A DNA stretch of 64,000 nucleotides from an uncultured Pseudomonadales bacterium (GTDB taxonomy: Bacteria; Patescibacteriota; Microgenomatia; UBA1400; PJMF01). Below are positions 26,753-36,400 of the stretch, piece after piece. The position numbers and the translations under genes are program-made. The stretch's first letter is position 1. Each line of letters begins with the position of its first letter. The DNA lies in the NCBI GenBank assembly GCA_964406075.1, contig CAYOQI010000003.1, forward strand, positions 76,718-140,717. The letters run 5' to 3'. Below the pieces are notes generated by a model. That model did not search any database. It was not told the DNA's origin and was given only the letters and a program-made list of their open reading frames with translations.

Positions 26753-28066
26753 GTGGTTCAAAAACTAACAGTTCCTCCTAGTAATGAAGATGCTGAACGA
26801 GCAATGCTTGGTGCAATTTTGCTGGATCGAGATGCAATTGTTTTGATTGCGGAAGTAACTCGGCCTGAGCATTTTTATATTCGAGCACATCAAATTGTCT
26901 ATGAAGCCATGATCCTTCTGTATGAAGCTCGGTCTGCTATCGATGTGGTGACATTGACTGCTCAGTTGAAAAAAATGCAGCAACTGAAAGAAGTAGGTGG
27001 AGCAGCGTTTGTGGCCAGTTTGTCCTCTGATGTGTTGACTACGGGTCACGTGGTCGAGTACTCCAAAATTATTAAAAATTTGTATATCAAACGCTCCTTG
27101 ATCAGTTTGGCAGCGAATATTCATGACTCAGCATTTGATGATAGCCGAGAAGTTCCACAAATTCTTGATTCTGCTGAGCAGGAAATTTTTTCACTTTCAC
27201 ATACACAATCTGAAAAAGGGTTTGTTCCACTGCGTGAAGCGCTTGCAGATAGTTTTGAGCGATTAGATGAACTCCAACGTAATAGTGGGGAACTGCGAGG
27301 AATTCCGACTGGCTTTGCTGATTTAGATCGAATTACGGCAGGTTTTCAGAAATCTAACTTGATTATTTTAGCAGCCCGTCCTGGTATCGGAAAAACTGCT
27401 TTTTCCCTCAATATCGCCCAACACGCTGCCATCGTCCACAAAAAGAAAATTGCTTTTTTCTCGCTCGAAATGAGTAAAGAAGAACTCGTTGATCGTCTTT
27501 TGGTTGGTCAAGCCGAGATAGATGCTTGGAAACTGAAAACTGGTCGATTGACGGATGAAGATTACATGAAAATTTCTGATGCCATGGGTGTTCTCGCGGA
27601 AGCACAAATTTTTATAGATGACTCTCCAGGTTTAAATATTCTTGAAATTCGAACGAAAGCTCGCCGATTGATGTCTGATTATGGTATTGATCTGGTTATC
27701 GTTGACTACCTTCAGCTTGCTCAGGGAAGATCCAAAGACAATCGTGTGCAGGAAGTGGCAGAAATTTCTCAAGGGTTGAAAAATTTAGCTCGAGAATTGA
27801 AAGTACCTGTTCTTTCTCTAGCTCAATTGTCTCGTGCTGTGGAAAGTCGGGGGGAGAAAGTTCCTCAACTGTCTGACCTTCGAGAATCAGGATCAATTGA
27901 ACAAGATGCTGACATGGTGATGTTCTTGTATCGAAAAGATGAAGATATTCGTGAAGCCGTCAACTTACGCATTTCAAAACATCGAAATGGTGGCTTAGCC
28001 GATATTGATCTCTATTTCCGAGGGGAGAGAGTTCGTTTTTACGGAATGGAGACAAAACAGCATTAG
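26753..28066 (+). CDS. dnaB: replicative DNA helicase
   Basis: N-terminal PPSNEDAERAMLGAILLD, Walker A ARPGIGKTAF, and IVDYLQL and SGSIEQDAD motifs. GTG start. Confidence 0.9.
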   Translation: MVQKLTVPPSNEDAERAMLGAILLDRDAIVLIAEVTRPEHFYIRAHQIVYEAMILLYEARSAIDVVTLTAQLKKMQQLKEVGGAAFVASLSSDVLTTGHVVEYSKIIKNLYIKRSLISLAANIHDSAFDDSREVPQILDSAEQEIFSLSHTQSEKGFVPLREALADSFERLDELQRNSGELRGIPTGFADLDRITAGFQKSNLIILAARPGIGKTAFSLNIAQHAAIVHKKKIAFFSLEMSKEELVDRLLVGQAEIDAWKLKTGRLTDEDYMKISDAMGVLAEAQIFIDDSPGLNILEIRTKARRLMSDYGIDLVIVDYLQLAQGRSKDNRVQEVAEISQGLKNLARELKVPVLSLAQLSRAVESRGEKVPQLSDLRESGSIEQDADMVMFLYRKDEDIREAVNLRISKHRNGGLADIDLYFRGERVRFYGMETKQH

Positions 28067-28110
28067 TTAGAGGATTTGAAATTCTCTGGTACAATATCGA
28101 GTATCTTTTT

Positions 28111-28167
28111 GCCGATGTGGCCTGCCCGCAATGCTTTCAGCATAGCTGATGCAGGCGGGCGGAACTG
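28111..28167 (+). repeat. duplicated 5' fragment of tRNA-Leu interrupted by a ~39-nt GC-rich hairpin
   Basis: GCCGATGTGGC ... GGCGGAACTG equals tRNA positions 1-18. The inserted GCCTGCCCGC...GCAGGCGGGC forms a 10-bp stem. Confidence 0.55.
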
Positions 28168-28241
28168 ATATGTTTATCAACTAAAGAGAAATATTTAAAA
28201 TCAGGGATAGGTAAGGAATTTTTAAAAAGTTTGTGAAACAT

Positions 28242-28325
28242 GCCGATGTGGCGGAACTGGCAGACGCGCACGACTCAAAATCGTGTGACTTCACGGTCAT
28301 GAGGGTTCGATTCCCTCCGTCGGCA
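28242..28325 (+). tRNA. tRNA-Leu (anticodon CAA), type II with long variable arm; CCA not encoded
   Basis: Acceptor GCCGATG/CGTCGGC, anticodon loop CT-CAA-AA, T-arm GGGTTCGATTCCC. Confidence 0.9.
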
Positions 28326-28381
28326 CATTTTTTAATTTAAATAATTGTTTTCATTTTTGGAATGAAACTGTATTTGTTTAG

Positions 28382-28420
28382 GTCTGCCTGCCCTCCATTC
28401 GGCTAAACCGGCAGGCAGGT
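28382..28420. repeat. GC-rich hairpin downstream of tRNA-Leu
   Basis: Perfect 9-bp stem CTGCCTGCC/GGCAGGCAG with a 17-nt loop in an AT-rich spacer. Confidence 0.5.
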
Positions 28421-28461
28421 ACGCGACATGTTGTTTTGAGATTGCTATAATCAAACCTTCT

Positions 28462-28908
28462 ATGCTTTCAATTGCTCATGTCGTTACAGGTTCATTTATC
28501 GCTACCCAAGTTGGAAATCCTCTGATTGCAATCCCACTGATTTTTGCTTCTCACTATCTGGAAGACTGGATTCCTCATTGGGATGTTGGAACAGGTTTAA
28601 GTACAGGGAAAAGGAAAAGAGAAGACGCAATACGATATGAGTTTCTTGATCTGGGTATTTCTGCATTGTTGGTATATTTGTATTGGCATGCCGGTAGCAC
28701 TTCTATCCCATGGGCAGCGTATTGGGGCGGATTTATCGCCTTGATACCTGATTTTATGGAAGCTCCAAGGAATTTTTGGAAATGGGAACCTGCGTGGTTA
28801 AAACCTTTTAATACTTTCCATGGATATTTTCATCACTCGACGCCGAATAAGTTGATCGGTTTAACACCACAAATCATTGTTTTAATTGTGATTTTTTTGT
28901 TGCGATGA
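28462..28908 (+). CDS. small integral membrane protein (possible YdjM/DUF457-like)
   Basis: 4-5 hydrophobic helices and an HYLEDWIPHWD motif. Confidence 0.45.
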   Translation: MLSIAHVVTGSFIATQVGNPLIAIPLIFASHYLEDWIPHWDVGTGLSTGKRKREDAIRYEFLDLGISALLVYLYWHAGSTSIPWAAYWGGFIALIPDFMEAPRNFWKWEPAWLKPFNTFHGYFHHSTPNKLIGLTPQIIVLIVIFLLR

Positions 28909-28955
28909 AGTGTTTAATCAGCTTCTGATACAATATTTCAGACTGACGTATAGTT

Positions 28956-29012
28956 TTCACCCCTTTCTCATGTGCTAAAGCACTTGAGTTTCCCCTCTAA
29001 AGAGGGGAAAAT
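28956..29012 (+). repeat. structured intergenic element, copy B, in the lgt 5' leader
   Basis: TTCACCCCTTTC, then hairpin CTCATGTGC/GCACTTGAG, then the perfect hairpin TTTCCCCTC-taaa-GAGGGGAAA. It ends 7 nt before the lgt ATG. Confidence 0.5.
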
Positions 29013-29019
29013 TATTACT

Positions 29020-29895
29020 ATGTTTCCAACACTTTTTCAGCTCGGCGCTTTTTCACTTCAAACTATAAATATTTGGTTGCTCATTGGCTTTATTGGTGGA
29101 GGATTTCTAGTGTGGAAGCGTGCACATGACGAACATTATGAAGATGATCAGGTATTTGATGTGTTATTGGTATCGACGCTGATTGGTATCCTTTTTGCCC
29201 GAGTCGTATATGTGTTATTCCACTTTACTGATTTTGGAATTGATTTTCTGTCATGGCTTTCTTTTTTTACTCGACCTGGATTCAATGAATTTATCGGGGT
29301 GATTGCAACACTCGTTGCGGCCAGGTGGCAACTGAAACATCGTAAATGGGATGAGTATGAGTTTTTGGATTTCTTAAGTGTTGGTTGTGTCTGGTTCTTG
29401 GCGTGTTTATGGATTGGCCGTTTTTTTGCAGGATCATATCTTGGCTTGCCCACTGGCTTGCCAGTCGGTATGATTTTTCCAACCGTGTATGATGCTCGTC
29501 ATCCTGTTCAACTGTATTTTGTTGGGATCTTACTTCTTCAATTGCTGATTCTGTTTCTTTTAGAAAAAAGATATCGTTTTTTTCAATGGTACAAAGGAAA
29601 TAGCCAGTCTGCTCAAACTGGGTTTGTGGTAGGGAACATGATTTTCTTGACAGGTATTACCTACACTGCTTTACGTTTTCTTCAACAAGAACCACAAAAA
29701 TTTATCTTTTCTTTTCCAATTGAAGCGATCGCGACATTTTTACTTGGATGTATTGGGCTGGTTTTGCTTTATTTGAGATCAGGTATTGGCAAATCAAACA
29801 AGCGAACAGTTAAACTCAAACAGCAACGAAGGTTGTTTTCAAGAAAACTGAAGGCATTCAAGTGGAGAAAGCAGTCAGAAACGAACAAAGAATAA
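29020..29895 (+). CDS. lgt: prolipoprotein diacylglyceryl transferase
   Basis: Multi-TM protein with GRFFAGSYLGLPT and HPVQLY motifs. The track start at 28972 would read through repeat element B. Confidence 0.75.
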   Translation: MFPTLFQLGAFSLQTINIWLLIGFIGGGFLVWKRAHDEHYEDDQVFDVLLVSTLIGILFARVVYVLFHFTDFGIDFLSWLSFFTRPGFNEFIGVIATLVAARWQLKHRKWDEYEFLDFLSVGCVWFLACLWIGRFFAGSYLGLPTGLPVGMIFPTVYDARHPVQLYFVGILLLQLLILFLLEKRYRFFQWYKGNSQSAQTGFVVGNMIFLTGITYTALRFLQQEPQKFIFSFPIEAIATFLLGCIGLVLLYLRSGIGKSNKRTVKLKQQRRLFSRKLKAFKWRKQSETNKE

Positions 29896-29898
29896 AGT

Positions 29899-30339
29899 AT
29901 GCCTCTTTCTAGGGCTTTCTTAAAAAAAACCAACATTCATTTGTTGTTATTTTTTTTAATTGTAGGAATAGATCAATTTACCAAGTGGGGGGCAAGGGAA
30001 ACTGGGATAGTTCAACTCAATACCGGAGTGTCCCTGGGACTGTTTAACGATTTTTCAGTACTGCTTCATATTTTTATTTTTCTTCTGACTATTATTGTTC
30101 TTTTGTTCACATTTAAAAATTCTTGGCAAAAACATGCCTACTATTATGTAGCTATCTTGGCAGCGGGTTTTTCGAATGTTATTGACCGGGTCATTTGGGG
30201 AGGAGTACAAGATTTTTTACCCGTACCTTTTTTCCAAGTTCAAAACAATATTGCAGATTGGGTGATATTCATCGCGTTTCTAGGAATATTTGTGAGTAAT
30301 ATGCAGCCAGAAGTCAAAAAAGAGTCCTCAGAGAGTTGA
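29899..30339 (+). CDS. lspA: lipoprotein signal peptidase II
   Basis: NTGVSLGLF and NVIDRV..GGVQDF motifs. Adjacent to lgt. Confidence 0.8.
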   Translation: MPLSRAFLKKTNIHLLLFFLIVGIDQFTKWGARETGIVQLNTGVSLGLFNDFSVLLHIFIFLLTIIVLLFTFKNSWQKHAYYYVAILAAGFSNVIDRVIWGGVQDFLPVPFFQVQNNIADWVIFIAFLGIFVSNMQPEVKKESSES

Positions 30340-31218
30340 GTTTATTGTTTGCTCCGCAGATGGTGAGGATACTTCCTCAATAGGTGAAAGTGTTGGTGCA
30401 ACCAAGGTTGATTCTGTAGCTACTTCTTCAACTGTTTCCACCTCTATTGGCAGATCTTCTACATTTTCCTCTGAAGTTAATAATTCATCGTTTCTCGGAT
30501 CAATTCCAGATAAGAGTTGATAGACTTGGGTAAAGCGATGGGATTGAGTCAAAAACCTGGCTTGATCCGGTGAAGTTTGGGCCAAGTATTTCAGCACGAC
30601 CAGTGATGCGTGGGATGATTGAGGTGTTGCGACGTAGTTCACTGTTCCCACCTGAAGAGTTGCTCCTGGGTGTGGTTGATAAACATTTTCTGGTGCAAAT
30701 TGGGTTTCTTTGGCAATTGAAAGTAAGGTTGCTGTCAATTTATTCATCTGAGCCTGAAAAACAGTAAAATCAATCGGAGTTGGAGTAGTGGAGGTCAAGA
30801 CAGTACCATGTTCGAGTTCTGTAAGTGTTAATAGAATAAATGGATTCAGTCCTGATTGGACTGCGGTAGCGGTGATGAAGCTATCAGCCGTTGTTCCACC
30901 TTCAACGATTGGTAAAAATAACAGAGGACTATTCACCAGTTGAAGCGCTCGGGGAACACTTCGAGGAGTTGTTCGCCCTTCACTTGAGACCCCACAAAGT
31001 TGGTAGAAAAACTTACAGTCTGTCATCAAATTTGGAAGTTGATTGGATTGCGCTTCAGTCAGGAGTGCTGTTTCTTTGTTTGGAATGATAAAAACACTGA
31101 GTACTGTGCCGATCAAGAAAGAAGTTGCTGTGACAGTTAATACTAAATAACTCAAGACGTTTTTGGTGTTCTCTTGCGGAGGAAGTGGAGTAGAGGAAAT
31201 AAACATGCTCTCGGTCAT
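30328..31218 (-). CDS. membrane-anchored hypothetical protein
   Basis: One N-terminal TM helix and no known motif. Convergent 12-nt overlap with lspA. Confidence 0.45.
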   Translation of the reverse strand: MTESMFISSTPLPPQENTKNVLSYLVLTVTATSFLIGTVLSVFIIPNKETALLTEAQSNQLPNLMTDCKFFYQLCGVSSEGRTTPRSVPRALQLVNSPLLFLPIVEGGTTADSFITATAVQSGLNPFILLTLTELEHGTVLTSTTPTPIDFTVFQAQMNKLTATLLSIAKETQFAPENVYQPHPGATLQVGTVNYVATPQSSHASLVVLKYLAQTSPDQARFLTQSHRFTQVYQLLSGIDPRNDELLTSEENVEDLPIEVETVEEVATESTLVAPTLSPIEEVSSPSAEQTINSTL

Positions 31219-31287
31219 GAATATTTATCTTAGAGCTTTTTTTGAGGGTTGTATAGCGAGTTGTGACTATTACTGTGAAGAAAGTGC

Positions 31288-31316
31288 TTGACACCTTTTT
31301 CTGGATTCGATATGAT
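31288..31316 (+). promoter_or_regulatory. sigma70-type promoter P1 (TTGACA-17 nt-TATGAT)
   Basis: TTGACA at 31288-31293 and TATGAT at 31311-31316. Confidence 0.45.
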
Positions 31317-31352
31317 ACTTTTTTCTTCTTCAAGAAAATATTTACGTACCTA

Positions 31353-31380
31353 TTGACAAGTAGGTCTTTTTTCGTATAAT
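31353..31380 (+). promoter_or_regulatory. sigma70-type promoter P2 (TTGACA-16 nt-TATAAT)
   Basis: TTGACA at 31353-31358 and TATAAT at 31375-31380. Confidence 0.5.
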
Positions 31381-31390
31381 AAACTTTTGG

Positions 31391-31416
31391 AGTCCTATAA
31401 TTAATAAAAAAGGACT
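31391..31416. repeat. GTCCTATA-type hairpin, copy F1
   Basis: AGTCCT-13 nt-AGGACT. The string AGTCCTATAAT is shared with the copy at 42871. Confidence 0.4.
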
Positions 31417-31466
31417 TCAAAAATGAATACAATCGTTTTTCTTATCACTTTTTAAAGAAATGTCTG

Positions 31467-31494
31467 GACCACCGGTTATGGGTGGTTTTTTTTT
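31467..31494 (+). terminator. intrinsic terminator/attenuator just upstream of the 31509 gene
   Basis: CCACC-ggttatg-GGTGG followed by a T9 run. Confidence 0.6.
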
Positions 31495-31508
31495 GGCAAA
31501 AAAAATAT

Positions 31509-32669
31509 ATGCAAGATCGATATATACAATCACAAGATGAAAATCCAATTTTGCAAAGGATTGATGGAATACTTCAGGATGCAAGAAACATTTGGGAAGC
31601 AAAAAGACTATTAGTCAAAGCTGTTCCAGTTTTAGGAATACTTTTTGTTTCAGGTTTTGTCATAACAGAAGATGTAAGTGCAGAGCAAATTTTGGATGAA
31701 GTGAAAAATGTAACACCTCGCAGTATTAACGCTGATGATTTATTGGCTGAGAATAGAGATGTATTAAATGAATTTGGATATTCTCCAATCTTTCAAACAG
31801 AGGGGCAGGGAGGTGAGCCACCAATAAGAAAAGGTATGGTTGGAGGTAATGGTGTCAATGTCAGAGCTGATGCTGGGACAACTTTTCCAGTTATTGAAAG
31901 TATCTCCCATACTGATTCTTCAGGTAGAGTAGTTGAGTTTGATATCTTGTCAGAAAAGGAAGGAAATGATGGAAGAATATGGCTTGAAGTTTTGTTAGCT
32001 AATGGTGAAACAGGGTTTATTCGTTCTGATTTAGTAATTGAAGTTGAGCCAACCTTTGCTGCAGTTCCTGAAGCTCCAGCTGAAATACAAGTAGGAACAG
32101 ATACTCCGAATGACGAAGATACAGCTACTGAACCAGCTCCTACTGAAGAAGGACAAGGTGCAGGAGCGACCGAAACACCGATACCTCTCTTTAAAGCAAC
32201 CGAAGCACCAGCTCTTAAATGGTGGGATTTTACATGTAGAGTTGTTGGGATTGATGAAAGTCCTCATACAGTTGGTGATTTAACAACAGCTTTGAGCTTA
32301 GTGTGTGAATATCAAATTTCACCAACGGAAATGGCCCAAATCCCAATTGCAATCGCAGTGAATAGTTCTGATGGATATATGATTTTCGGTTTTCAACCAA
32401 AACAAGGGAAAGAAGTTACAAGTTACTACGCCCAAAGTATTTTAGAACAAAAAATCGGAGGTTCTCTGATTGGAAGAACAATGACTGTATCTGTTGGTTT
32501 ACCGAGTGCATCAAATAGTGGAGTTATATCTGTCCCATTTGTTAGTTCGGCAATTCAAAGTGAATATACTATTGAAGGTATGACAGATTTTGTGAGTGGA
32601 GTTTCTGCTGGTAATCTTTCCTCATTGGGGACAGATACCTTGTTACCTCTGTATCTGACTATTAGTTGA
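31509..32669 (+). CDS. membrane-anchored hypothetical protein (possible SH3b-like middle region; C-terminal domain paralogous to the next ORF)
   Basis: The ATG at 31509 is preferred, since the GTG at 31482 lies inside the terminator. The C-terminal region WWDFTCRV...VCEY...YMIFGFQPK is shared with the ORF at 32728. Confidence 0.5.
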   Translation: MQDRYIQSQDENPILQRIDGILQDARNIWEAKRLLVKAVPVLGILFVSGFVITEDVSAEQILDEVKNVTPRSINADDLLAENRDVLNEFGYSPIFQTEGQGGEPPIRKGMVGGNGVNVRADAGTTFPVIESISHTDSSGRVVEFDILSEKEGNDGRIWLEVLLANGETGFIRSDLVIEVEPTFAAVPEAPAEIQVGTDTPNDEDTATEPAPTEEGQGAGATETPIPLFKATEAPALKWWDFTCRVVGIDESPHTVGDLTTALSLVCEYQISPTEMAQIPIAIAVNSSDGYMIFGFQPKQGKEVTSYYAQSILEQKIGGSLIGRTMTVSVGLPSASNSGVISVPFVSSAIQSEYTIEGMTDFVSGVSAGNLSSLGTDTLLPLYLTIS

Positions 32670-32727
32670 ATATAATACTACATTGCTTTTCGCTTGAGAT
32701 TCTCCTACTATAAAAAGATAGATAATT

Positions 32728-33381
32728 ATGTCTGTCTTTTCTACTTCGATCTCAAAATTTACTTACAGTAAATTCTTTCCTATCTTAATTGCTGTTCTAG
32801 CAACATTGGGTGGATTTTTAGTTGGGTTTTTACTGATAAGAATAAAATATCAGAATGTCTCACCTCAGTCACAACTGGTAGAAGGTACTAAACGAGATTT
32901 TCCAGCATCTTATTCGTCACAACTTGGATGGTATGATTTTCAATGTATTGTCAAAGATTTTAATTACAAGCCTTTAGTAATAACTAGCAATTTATCAAGT
33001 ATTCTGAATGTTGATTGTGAATATTTAGATGCTAGAGGTGTGCCTTCAATTATTGTCATTCCAATTGCTTTAAAAAAGAATTCTGATGAGTATATGATTT
33101 ATTCTTTCACGCCTAAGAAAAGCGAAAATGACATGACTCAATATTACGTAGAAGAAATACTTAAACAGAAAAAAGTTATTAAAGGTACAAAACTATTAAT
33201 TGGTTTTGGTTTACCAAATGATGTTAATAAAGGTGTACCTTCTCAACAATTTGTTGCCGGGTCTATCTCTGAAATTTATACAGAAGATAAGATTGAATCT
33301 TTTCGGTCAAGTGGAAATATTGATGATTTAAAGTCAAATGGGGTTTTGATCCCTATATCAATTATTTTAAATCAAATTTAA
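32728..33381 (+). CDS. membrane-anchored hypothetical protein, paralog of the 31509 C-terminal domain
   Basis: WYDFQCIV...DCEY...YMIYSFTPK aligns with the upstream ORF. One N-terminal TM helix. Confidence 0.5.
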   Translation: MSVFSTSISKFTYSKFFPILIAVLATLGGFLVGFLLIRIKYQNVSPQSQLVEGTKRDFPASYSSQLGWYDFQCIVKDFNYKPLVITSNLSSILNVDCEYLDARGVPSIIVIPIALKKNSDEYMIYSFTPKKSENDMTQYYVEEILKQKKVIKGTKLLIGFGLPNDVNKGVPSQQFVAGSISEIYTEDKIESFRSSGNIDDLKSNGVLIPISIILNQI

Positions 33382-33420
33382 TTATTACTACTTTAGTAAG
33401 ATCTAAGTTAAAACGATTGA

Positions 33421-36400
33421 ATGAAAAATAAGCATTTGTTTCTTCGCTACATTGCTCATCTTAAGAAAAAAGGAATCTTTTTCATTATTTTTTTTGTTTG
33501 TTGTTTTTTATTTAATCACCGCAGCTTTGTTTCAGCTGATCTCCAATGTGGTGCTGGATCTGTTTGTACTGGTACTAATGCTTATTTAAAAGTGGGGGCT
33601 TGTGTTGTAAATGGAAATCGATGTGATAACGCGAGTCTGACATACAATGCACCTCATTCTTGTCCTACGACTGGTGGTTCAGGTACCTGCGTAGCATTCG
33701 CACCTGGAAAAGATGGTTGCACAATGTTTACACCTTCACCTGGTAGCGGAAGTACCTGTGCTTGTTCGGCAGCAGGGGCACCAGCAGGGTTTTGTAATAC
33801 AGGGAATATTGGAGCAGCTTGTGGATCAGGAGCTCCATACAGTGGTGTCTGTGATTGTGAAGGTGGGGAACCGACCTGTCCACTCCCACAGGGAGGAGAC
33901 TTGGGTTGCTGTTTAGCTGCAACTCCTACACCTCCTTCTGGTGGAAATACACCAACTCCAAGACCAACCAATACTTCTGCACCAGTCTCAACCCCAACAC
34001 CAGGTGGTGGTGGAGGGAACACTCCAACCCCAGCTCCGACATCTACTCCTATTGCAGGTTCACCAAGAGGTTGGCATGATGGTGCCAACTGTAATACTAT
34101 TTGGGGATGGACTTGTGATCCAAATAACTATTCAACAGCATTAACGGTAAATCTGTATAGAGACGGACCACCGGGAACAGGTACCTTTATAACAAGTGTA
34201 ATCGCGAATGTGCCTCGTGACATAGGTGTGTCAGGCAACTGTAATGGTGTGGCAAACCATGGTTTCGAAATTGTAACTCCTGCAAGCCTGAAAGATGGAA
34301 TGCTTCACCCAATATATGCTGAAGCAGTGAATATTGGGGCTGGAAGTAATAGGTTGCTTTCACAAACTCCCATAACAGTTCAGTGTGCCGGTCCCACGTC
34401 GACTCCAACATTAACCCCCACACCCACACCTCTGCCACCAGTCCCTTCGTGTACGGTTTCGTTATCACCGGCTGGAGCACTGAGTATGAATCCTCCGAAT
34501 ACCATGAACTTAACTGCAACGGCCACCACAGCCAATGGGACGGTCAATGAAGTGCGATTTTCCTCAACCAATGCGACAGTCGCCAGTGTGACACCTGCTG
34601 TAGATAACGCTTCTGCGTATGTCACCAGTGTGCAGGCAAATGCAGCTGGAAGTGCAACCGTGCGAGCAGATGTAGTGATGAGTAATGGATCGATCATGTG
34701 TAGCACGACCAAAGCAGTCACTGTTACCACTCCACCTGTTGCAAATCCGACAGTCACTCTGACTGCCAATGGAAATGCTGGCTCTACGACGATTGCATAC
34801 AATACGGCTGCAACTTTAAATTGGACCTCGACCAATGCAACATCTTGTACAGCAAGTGTTGGTTGGACAGGAAGTAAATCAATAACTCCAGGAAATGAGA
34901 GTACTGGTAATCTCACAGCCAATCGAACATATACACTTACTTGTCAAAATTCAGCTGGCGTGACTGCGAGTGCGACGGTAACGGTAATCGTTACACCACC
35001 AGTTCCGTCCTGTACTGTTTCACTTGCTCCAGCAGGGAGTCTTAATATGAATCCTGGAAATAATGTAAATTTGACTGCTACAGCTAATCCAAGTAATGGC
35101 ACAGTCAATGAAGTACGTTTTTCACTTACGAATAGTACAGTCGCAACCGTCACACCCACCGTAGATAATTCGTCTCCGTATGTCACAAACTTGCGGGCGA
35201 ATTCTGCGGGAAGTACTACTGTTCGAGCAGACGTGGTGATGAGTAATGGCTCAATCATGTGTAGTACGACCAAAGCGGTAACGATTTCCAACACTGCGAC
35301 TTCAACCCCAGCGCCGACCTCTGCACCCCCAACTGTCAACTTAACGGCAAATGGTCAGCCAGTCACAGTGACAATTCTATATAACACAACAGCGGCGCTT
35401 TCTTGGTCAAGTACAAATGCTACAAGCTGTGTATCAAGTGGCGGATGGACTGGTAGTCGTCCAACTGGTGGGAATGCTTCAAGCGCCCCGTTAACGTCGA
35501 ATACAACCTTTACTATTCAATGTACCGGTCCTGGAGGTACAGCAACGAGTAATGTGCTGGTGATAGTGCAACCGCCAGTCCCTTCTTGTACTGTCTCTTT
35601 AGCTCCTGCTGGAGCTCTGAGCATGAGCCCAGGGAACTTAACGAACTTAACAGCAACTGCTAATGCGAGTAACGGAACTGTGAATGAAGTGCGATTTTCC
35701 TCAACGAATGCGACTGTTGCCAGTGTCACTCCAACTGTAGATAACACTGTGACATACACGACGGGCTTGCGAGCAAATGCGTTAGGAAGTGCAACTGTCC
35801 GAGCAGATGTAGTGATGAGTAATGGATCAATTATGTGTAGTACGACTAAAGCCGTTACAGTTACGAATCCTCCTGTGGCCAATCCTACAGTCACACTCAC
35901 CGCCAATGGCGGTTCTGGTTCGATCACCATTCCGTACAATACTTCAGCCTTGCTTGTGTGGTCGACAACGAATGCTGTGAGTTGTGTCGCAAGTGGTGCG
36001 TGGACTGGAAGCCGACCAATTAGTGGTAATCAAGGTACAGGGAATTTAACAGTAAGCCAAACATACTCATTGACCTGTCAAAATTCTGCAGGTGTCACAG
36101 CTGTTGCTACCGTGTCGGTGATTGTGCAACCACAAACAGCAACTTGTTCCATTGTGCTTAATCCAGCTGGAAATACATCCTTAGCAGTTGGAGAGATTAG
36201 AATAATGGAAGCACTGGTAACATCAGCAGGTGGAACGTTTAATGGAGTTGAATTCTTTTCTTCAAATAATGGGATCGCTCAATTTAATCCAGTATCAGAT
36301 ATTAGCTCCCCATATCGTTCAACACTTTCTGGGTTTGGAGTTGGTTCTGTCACATTGACTTATCGAGGGTATATGAATGGAATTCAACGGTGTCAGACCA

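Noticed and set aside
28972-29019. Track start GTG at 28972 for lgt and GTG at 31482 for the next cluster's first gene.
   Set aside because: The 28972 extension would translate through the conserved structured repeat (copy B). The 31482 GTG lies inside the terminator stem and T-run. Internal ATGs at 29020 and 31509 give normal N-termini.
34435-36129. Regularly spaced ~570-bp repeats considered as a CRISPR-like or diversity-generating retroelement (TR/VR) feature.
   Set aside because: The period is far too long for CRISPR. The repeats are in-frame protein modules. No reverse transcriptase or cas genes occur in the window, and the differences are not restricted to adenine positions.
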